Assembly: GCA_965223505.1 (NCBI GenBank)
Contig: CBDCWP010000039.1
Location: 192,001 to 256,000 of the forward strand
Direction of reading: 5' to 3'
DNA length: 64,000 bases
DNA from: Planctomycetota bacterium
Lineage (GTDB): Bacteria > Planctomycetota > PLA2 > JAEUHO01
Position 1 is the stretch's first letter, and each line of letters begins with the position of its first letter. Below are positions 57,988 through 64,000 of this stretch, in pieces. Below the pieces are notes generated by a model. That model had not been told where the DNA came from. It saw nothing but the letters and a program-made list of their open reading frames with translations, and made no database searches. The position numbers were made by a program, and so were the translations under genes.

Positions 57988-58290
57988 TCACCCACAGATG
58001 TCCGCATCCGTCAGCCCCTCCGTAAGGGAGCCACTGACCTGGATCATGTGCCCCCAGAACAGGTCACCATCGTTGAACCAGAACTCGACCTCTCCTGTGG
58101 GGGACACGCTGATGGTCTCGATGATCATCCGCTTTGCGAAGGTGGTCTCTCACGACAGGCTCCTGCTGCTTCGCAGCAAGCGCTTCAAGTTCTTCGTCTC
58201 CCTCGACTTCACCAGTGATCCTCTTGACGAGGGCGTACAGATCCGGGGCCTGTAGGAGACCTAGCACCAGCCGTCGCTGCGGGAGAACGA
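57988..58290 (-). pseudogene. DUF2262-like gene remnant with internal deletion/frameshift
   Basis: EELEALAAKQQEPVV then frame change to FAKRMIIETISVSPTGEVEFWFNDGDLFWGHMIQV..DADICG*. Confidence 0.6.
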
Positions 58291-58299
58291 GGCCACGGA

Positions 58300-58440
58300 T
58301 CAGCCCTCTGCCTGATCAGGCGGAAACTCGTCAGCCGTTGGCGGGCGCACCGAGCCGACACGCCTCGGTGCCGAAGCCCCCATCTCCCGGTAGTTCTTGC
58401 GGGCCTCGTTCAGACTGACTGGGTTCGGGCCAACCGCCCG
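58300..58440 (-). pseudogene. C-terminal remnant of a CPCC-family gene
   Basis: GPNPVSLNEARKNYREMGA..VRPP..DE, similar to the CPCC module near 40150. Confidence 0.6.
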
Positions 58441-59216
58441 GTCGGGACGCGCTCTGACCGAAGGAGAACTGACACAGCTCCTCGACGTGGCCCGCCAAAG
58501 ACCGGTGCTAGACGCCACCACCATCCGCCGGGGTGCTCGGAAGGGACAGCGAGTGGCCCGGATCAGTGACAAGACTCGGCGAGACAAGGAGCGGTTGGGG
58601 CTGGAGCGGGCCTTGATCTACAAGACGCTCGTCTTGACTGGATTGAGACGAAACGAACTCGCGTCGCTCACCGTCGCCTCTCTCGTTCTCGATGCCCCGG
58701 TCCCGCATCTTGTCCTCGACGCGCGCGATGAGAAGAACCGTCAGGGCGCTGAGATCCCCCTCAGAGCGGACCTTGCCGCCGACCTAGCGCAGTGGACAGA
58801 CGAGACTCTTCAACGCGCCAGAGCAGCAGCCAGAGCGTCAGGCGAAGCCGTCCCGGCTCGCCTCCCCGCAGATGCGCCGCTCTTCTACGTTCCCAAGGCG
58901 CTCGTCAAGATTCTTGACCGTGACTTGAAGTTGGCCGGGATCGCCAAGAAGGACAATCGTGGGCGCAGCGTCGACATCCACGCGCTCCGGCACAGCTTCG
59001 CAAGTCACCTCAGCAAGGGCGGCGTCGCACCGCGAACCGCGCAGGCCGCGCTACGACACAGCGACATCAATCTCACGATGGTCACCTACACGGATCCTGC
59101 GTTGCTGGACGTAGCGGGCGCGTTGGATGCCCTGCCGTCCCTATCCCTCGGCGAGGAGGCCTCTGACCGGGCACGTGCAGGGACCGGCACCGATGGCAAG
59201 ACCGAAGCGTCGGGAC

Positions 59217-59240
59217 CGCTTGCACCAACGCTTGCACCAA
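59217..59240 (+). repeat. 12-bp tandem repeat CGCTTGCACCAA x2, candidate integrase arm-type sites
   Basis: perfect duplication about 150 bp inside the att core. Confidence 0.55.
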
Positions 59241-59361
59241 ACTGGCACAAGCGTGGGCAATCGCTGTCAACGCCTGACAAAGCTGAGAGCTTCAATGCGA
59301 GTGCGAGGAAGCGCCGCGCATCGCCACCGAGCCGCAAGAAGTTGGCTGCTGCGGCCATTGG

Positions 59362-59380
59362 CTCCCCCCGGGAGGGGGAG
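59362..59380 (-). terminator. hairpin downstream of tRNA-Pro
   Basis: CTCCCCC-cggga-GGGGGAG. Confidence 0.45.
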
Positions 59381-59386
59381 AGAGAA

Positions 59387-59463
<77 letters not shown>

Positions 59464-59598
59464 ACTCCACGTCGGACGACGGAGGATACCCGGCCCCCTA
59501 CGATCCCGGACCAATTGCAACCCCCCGACAAACCCCAACAAATAGGGCATCCCGAAAAAACTCTCGTACGACCCCGCCCCCCATGCATCTGAAAGGGC

Positions 59599-62500
59599 AT
59601 GAAGCAGGACCAAGAACTCCTCCAAGCCTGGCTCGCCCACGAAGACCGCGATGCCCTCGGAGAGCTCTTCGGACGCCACTACCCCGCCGTCTATCAGGTC
59701 GTCCTGCGCCTCGTCCACCACGAAACCGACGCCCGCGACGTCGTCCAATCCACCTTCCTCAAAGCCCTCCGCAAAGCCGACACCATCCGTCAACCCGACC
59801 GCCTGCGCTTCTGGCTCCTGCGCATCGCCGTCAACGAAGCCCGACAACACCACCGCCGCGCACGACCCGCCGTCTCGCTGGATGACCTCGCCGACGTCTT
59901 CGAAGAAGCCCGACGCGCCACCGTCGAGCACCGCGCCAGCCGCCGCGAGTTCGAGCTCGCACTCGAACAAGCGCTCGAGACCATGCCCGAACGCCTAAAG
60001 ACGCCGCTCGTCCTGCACTACTACCAGAGCCTCTCCCTCGCCGAGGTCGCGCACATCCTCGAGCTGCCCAAGTCCACGGTGCAGAGCCGCTGCGAACGCG
60101 CCGTTCGCTTGCTTCGCAAACGATTCCGCCGTTCCGACAACGCCGCGCTTCTTCCCGGTCTCGCCGCCTACCTCCCCGACCTCGCGTCGACCGCATCGAC
60201 GTCCGCCGTCCCGCTCGCCGCAGGAGCCCTCCTCGTGAAAGTCTGGATCCCCATCGCCGCCGTCGTGTTCGCCCTCGCCTGGTTCCTCGTTGGCGCGCTT
60301 CAAAGCGGCGACCCGGATCGAAACGACATGGCGCGCGACCCGTCCCCGCAGCTTGGCGACCTTCCCGCCGATGCCGCGACGAACGGCGCTCCCCGACTGC
60401 AACCCACGGATCGAGATCCGCCCCGCGAACCCGACGTCGCGAAGCGCGTCGTCGCCTCCGAAGGGCCCGGCCGCATTCGCGGGCGCGTCGTAGCCCTTCG
60501 AACCGGCCGCGGCGTTTCCGGCGCCGAGATCCGTCTCGTTCGAAGCGCCGCCGCGCGCAGCGCGCCGCGCGAAGCCGCGTCGTTCGAGAACGTCTACGTC
60601 TCCGGCCCCGACGGGCGCTTCGTGTGCGACGAGCTGCCGGCGCCGGACGTGTTCGACCTCTGCGTGCGTCATCCCGACTTCGGCTACGCCGAAGCGTTCG
60701 CGGTGCCGACCGCGACCGAAGGCGAAGCGCGGGACCTGGGCGTCGTCTTCCTTCGCGCCCCGCACCGACTCGAAGGGCGCGTCGTCGACGAGCGGGGCAA
60801 GCCCGTCGCGGGCGCGGACGTCCGCGCCGGAACCTGGCGCGAGCAACGCGACGCGGTGACGTTCGAGCTCTCCGCCTTCGCGCTCCGGGGCGCGACCACG
60901 ACCAGCGACGCGGCGGGACGCTTCGCGCTCGACGGACTCCCCGCGGGCGTTCATCGACTGCGGATCGACCGCACCGGCTACGCGACGGCCCTGCTCGGCG
61001 CCGTGCGCGTTCCCGACGCCGGCGTGCTCGACGTCGTCCTGCTCGCGCAGTCGAACGTCCTCGGACGGATCGTTGACGACGCCGGAGAAGCCGTCGAGGG
61101 AGCGCGCATCATGCTGTCGATCTCCGAGTCCCGTCGCCGGGGTGCGCAGGGCGTGGTGCGCACGGTGCCCTGGAAGACCGTTCGAAGCGATGCGGGCGGT
61201 CGCTTTCCCATGTCGCCGCTCCCCGGCGGCGAAGGCTTCGAGCTCGTCGTCGAGGCGTCGCATCCGGGCCACGCCGACCTCTGGATGGAGCAGCCGATTC
61301 CGCAGCAAGGCGTCTTCGAGGTGACGCTTCAGCGGCGCGTCATCCCGAGCGGCCATCGCGTTCGCGTCACGCCGGTCGTAGCGTCGGGCGCCATCGCGCG
61401 GGACGCCAAAGGACGTCTGGTGCTGTTGCAACAGGAGGGCGATCTCGAGCTCGCCGTCGCCTTCGATGCCGACCGCGGGTTGTTCGAGATCGACGATGTC
61501 GCGCCGGGTGCGTGGTACGCGCGACTCGCGGTCAGCGGCTTCGCCCCGGTCGCGCAGTCCATCGACGTCGGCGACGGGCCGCTGGAGTTGAACATCACGC
61601 TTCAGCGCGGTCGAACGCTTCGCGGTCGCATCCTCGACGCCGTGACCGGCGAGCCGATCGCGGGCGCCACCATCGGGCGTCCCGACAGCGAAGCCCACGT
61701 CGTGGTGAGCGACGAGACGGGCGCGTATCTGCTCCCCGGCTTGGACCTCGCGGAAGGACGGCTCCACGTCGGCGCGCTTCACGCGTACGCACCCGGTTAC
61801 CTCGCGCGCGGAGTGAACGTTCGATGGCCGAGCGGTGACGTCGCCGAGCAGGACGTAAAGCTCCTGCCGCGAAGCGCGCTCGTCTCCGTGCCGGGAACGG
61901 TGACGGTCGATGGGCAGCCGGTGCTCGGCGCGCGCGTCGCACTGCAGCCGACGCGGGGGTCGAGCACGAGGTACGGCGCGAGCTCCCGCGCGGACGGCTC
62001 GTTTCGGCTCACGGGGCTTCATCCGGATCACCTCGCCGCGCCCGCGATCCTGCGTGTCGATCACCCCCGCTTCGCGCCGCACACAGCGCTTCGCGTCGTC
62101 GCCGCCGGCGAACCGCTTCAGATCGTCCTCGAGAGCGGCCGGTCCGTATCAGGGCGTGTCGTCGACATCGAGAACCGGCCGGTGGCGGGCGCGACCGTCG
62201 GTTTCGTGACCGGGACCGACGCGGGCGTCATCCAGGAGGATCAGGTCTGGGCGCTCTCCGGACGGCTTCAGCGCGCGGGCACGAGCATGCCGGACGGCCG
62301 CTTCGTGTTGGATCGCGTTCCGTCAGGGGCTGGGCGCGTGCTCGCCTTTCATCAGCACGGTCGGTGGGTCGCGAAGGACGGGGACGCGGCGGGCGCTACG
62401 ATCGCCGCCGCCGGCGACGTGGACGGTGTCGAGCTTCGGCTCGAGATCGGACGCACGCTCAGAGGGGTCGTCGTAGACGACGACGGGCGACCGCTCGCCG

Positions 62501-62946
62501 GCGCCCGGGTGCGCGCCGACGGCGTCGTCGTCGCCACGCGCACCGACGCGCGCGGCCGGTTCGATCTCACCCCTCACTTCGGTGGCGAAGCCCGCGTCAC
62601 CGTGACCGTCACCCACGAGCGCTATCGAGCCGCCGTCAACGTGCCGGCGCCGGACCTTTCGCGCGTGCGCGTACAGGCGCGCGCGACGGGGACGATCGCG
62701 GGCCGCGTCGTCGCCGCCGGCGGCAATCCGCTCTCCGGCATGTCCGTTCGGCTCGTGTACGACGACCCGCCTCCCGTTCGGGCCGTGACGGACGCCGACG
62801 GCGTCTTCGTGTTGGCCGGCGTGTACGCGGGCCGAGGACGCATCGAGCTGCGGACGAACGCCGAGCAGGACACGGCGGACGTTGGCAGGGAGGTCGACAT
62901 CCCGCGGTGGACACGCCTCGACCTCGGCGATCTGGTCATGCCGTAG
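59599..62946 (+). CDS. ECF sigma factor fused via TM helix to repeated carboxypeptidase-regulatory-like (beta-sandwich) domains
   Basis: DVVQSTF, WLLRIAVN, region 4 HTH; repeated GRVVD..G.PV.GA..SD..GRF. Confidence 0.85.
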   Translation: MKQDQELLQAWLAHEDRDALGELFGRHYPAVYQVVLRLVHHETDARDVVQSTFLKALRKADTIRQPDRLRFWLLRIAVNEARQHHRRARPAVSLDDLADVFEEARRATVEHRASRREFELALEQALETMPERLKTPLVLHYYQSLSLAEVAHILELPKSTVQSRCERAVRLLRKRFRRSDNAALLPGLAAYLPDLASTASTSAVPLAAGALLVKVWIPIAAVVFALAWFLVGALQSGDPDRNDMARDPSPQLGDLPADAATNGAPRLQPTDRDPPREPDVAKRVVASEGPGRIRGRVVALRTGRGVSGAEIRLVRSAAARSAPREAASFENVYVSGPDGRFVCDELPAPDVFDLCVRHPDFGYAEAFAVPTATEGEARDLGVVFLRAPHRLEGRVVDERGKPVAGADVRAGTWREQRDAVTFELSAFALRGATTTSDAAGRFALDGLPAGVHRLRIDRTGYATALLGAVRVPDAGVLDVVLLAQSNVLGRIVDDAGEAVEGARIMLSISESRRRGAQGVVRTVPWKTVRSDAGGRFPMSPLPGGEGFELVVEASHPGHADLWMEQPIPQQGVFEVTLQRRVIPSGHRVRVTPVVASGAIARDAKGRLVLLQQEGDLELAVAFDADRGLFEIDDVAPGAWYARLAVSGFAPVAQSIDVGDGPLELNITLQRGRTLRGRILDAVTGEPIAGATIGRPDSEAHVVVSDETGAYLLPGLDLAEGRLHVGALHAYAPGYLARGVNVRWPSGDVAEQDVKLLPRSALVSVPGTVTVDGQPVLGARVALQPTRGSSTRYGASSRADGSFRLTGLHPDHLAAPAILRVDHPRFAPHTALRVVAAGEPLQIVLESGRSVSGRVVDIENRPVAGATVGFVTGTDAGVIQEDQVWALSGRLQRAGTSMPDGRFVLDRVPSGAGRVLAFHQHGRWVAKDGDAAGATIAAAGDVDGVELRLEIGRTLRGVVVDDDGRPLAGARVRADGVVVATRTDARGRFDLTPHFGGEARVTVTVTHERYRAAVNVPAPDLSRVRVQARATGTIAGRVVAAGGNPLSGMSVRLVYDDPPPVRAVTDADGVFVLAGVYAGRGRIELRTNAEQDTADVGREVDIPRWTRLDLGDLVMP

Positions 62947-63044
62947 CCCGGATCCACTACTTCAGTCCCGATGCATGCGTCGGTGTCGCATCAGCCCGGT
63001 GCCACGACGGACGGATCGGCGTTACCTGCAGAGGAGAAACCGCA

Positions 63045-63749
63045 ATGATCACCAGAGTGTTCGTCGTGTCCGCATGTCTCGTGCTCCTCTTCGCCTCGCC
63101 GGCGTCGGCCGAAAATGCGAAGCAGCCCGACACACCGAAGTCCCTTGCCAAAGCGCTCAAGAAGGGCCTTGGCGACGGCAAGACCGGCGGGCTGTGGGAG
63201 CGCGCGGCGGCGTTGAAGGGGAAGTTCTCCGACAAGGAGATGCAGCCCCTCGTCAAGGCGCTCGGCCGCGCGTTCAATCAGAGCAACAAGAACTTCAAGA
63301 TCCTCGCTCTGAAGACGCTCGCCGAGCTCGGCGTTCCCGGGTCGTACGGGCAGTTCTCGAAGCTGATGAAGATCCCCAAGAAGGTCGAGGGCCGAGAGAC
63401 GCGGGCGATCTACCTGCAGGCGATCAAGTCCGCGGGGGCGCTGCACGAGGAAAACGCCCTGGCCGACATCGAGAAGCTGCTCGAGCATCCGGACACGTCC
63501 TTCGCGCGCGGCGCAGTCTGGGCGCTGGCCGGGTACGTCGATCTGGAAGCGAAGAAGAAAGACAAGCTGATTCAGCGCCTCGTGAAGAACCTTGCGGCGC
63601 TCGAGCGCCAGACGAAGGACAAGAAAACCGAGATCAGCAAGCGCGCGACGACGCTCGTTCCGCACGTGAACACGACGCTCGAGAAGCTGACCGGCGAAGA
63701 GGGGCCCAAGACCGCCGCGGAGTGGGAAGAACGCCTCGCCGGCAAGTAG
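63045..63749 (+). CDS. secreted HEAT-repeat-like protein
   Basis: GAGGAG RBS, signal peptide ASA, helical repeats, LEKLTG..W. Confidence 0.65.
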   Translation: MITRVFVVSACLVLLFASPASAENAKQPDTPKSLAKALKKGLGDGKTGGLWERAAALKGKFSDKEMQPLVKALGRAFNQSNKNFKILALKTLAELGVPGSYGQFSKLMKIPKKVEGRETRAIYLQAIKSAGALHEENALADIEKLLEHPDTSFARGAVWALAGYVDLEAKKKDKLIQRLVKNLAALERQTKDKKTEISKRATTLVPHVNTTLEKLTGEEGPKTAAEWEERLAGK

Positions 63750-63821
63750 GTACGGGGCGACCCGGATCGACATGCAAGGTGTCGGGTTTCAACCACCGTC
63801 CCGGCCCCTTACGCTACCCCG

Positions 63822-64000
63822 ATGGCGGAACACGACTTCGTCGTCCTCACCGAAGAGAGCTCGTCCGTGCGCGCGCACTGGATCGCGGGGGCGATCAAGG
63901 CGCACGACATTCCCGTTCACGTCGTCGAGGACGAACGAGCCGACGAGTTCGCCATGGCGCAGAAGCTGATGGGCACCGCGCTCGTTCAGGTGCTCGTTCC
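63822..64000 (+). CDS. DUF2007-like protein (3' truncated by window edge)
   Basis: AHWIAGAIKAHDIPVHV..VQVLV. Confidence 0.55.
   Translation, partial: MAEHDFVVLTEESSSVRAHWIAGAIKAHDIPVHVVEDERADEFAMAQKLMGTALVQVLV

Noticed and set aside
45682..59385. Prophage or ICE
   Set aside because: No capsid, terminase, tail, relaxase, T4SS or replication genes; the HerA ATPase is coupled to a NurA-like gene rather than conjugation genes

Overview
GC-rich bacterial DNA, Planctomycetota-like by inference from the ECF sigma factor with a long C-terminal extension and from the integrase subfamily. 1-35.2 kb is host backbone: HtrA-type protease, GT87-methyltransferase fusion, CorA, MscS, a two-component pair, SDR, a PAS sigma54 activator with a divergent -24/-12 promoter, homocysteine methyltransferase, EEP hydrolase, GMC oxidoreductase, a TPR-CHAT protease / ECF sigma / ZAS anti-sigma cluster and a secreted (VVRDHRDRREP)n repeat protein. 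35.2-59.4 kb is a composite accessory region next to a tRNA-Pro(CGG) gene (59387-59463, minus strand). Its left part (36.3-45.4 kb) is a dense array of small, often fused, immunity/cassette-like genes hit by two IS256 copies. Its right part is a 13.7-kb integrated element bounded by a 43-bp repeat of the tRNA 3' end. That element carries a type II R-M pair, a coupled methyltransferase-NurA-HerA operon (the best candidate for an undescribed defence system), an excisionase plus tyrosine integrase whose own 3' end is duplicated around a HEPN+NYN cassette, further nuclease cargo, and a truncated second integrase. All calls come from reading motifs by eye; no database searches were run, and Pfam/DUF names are from recall.
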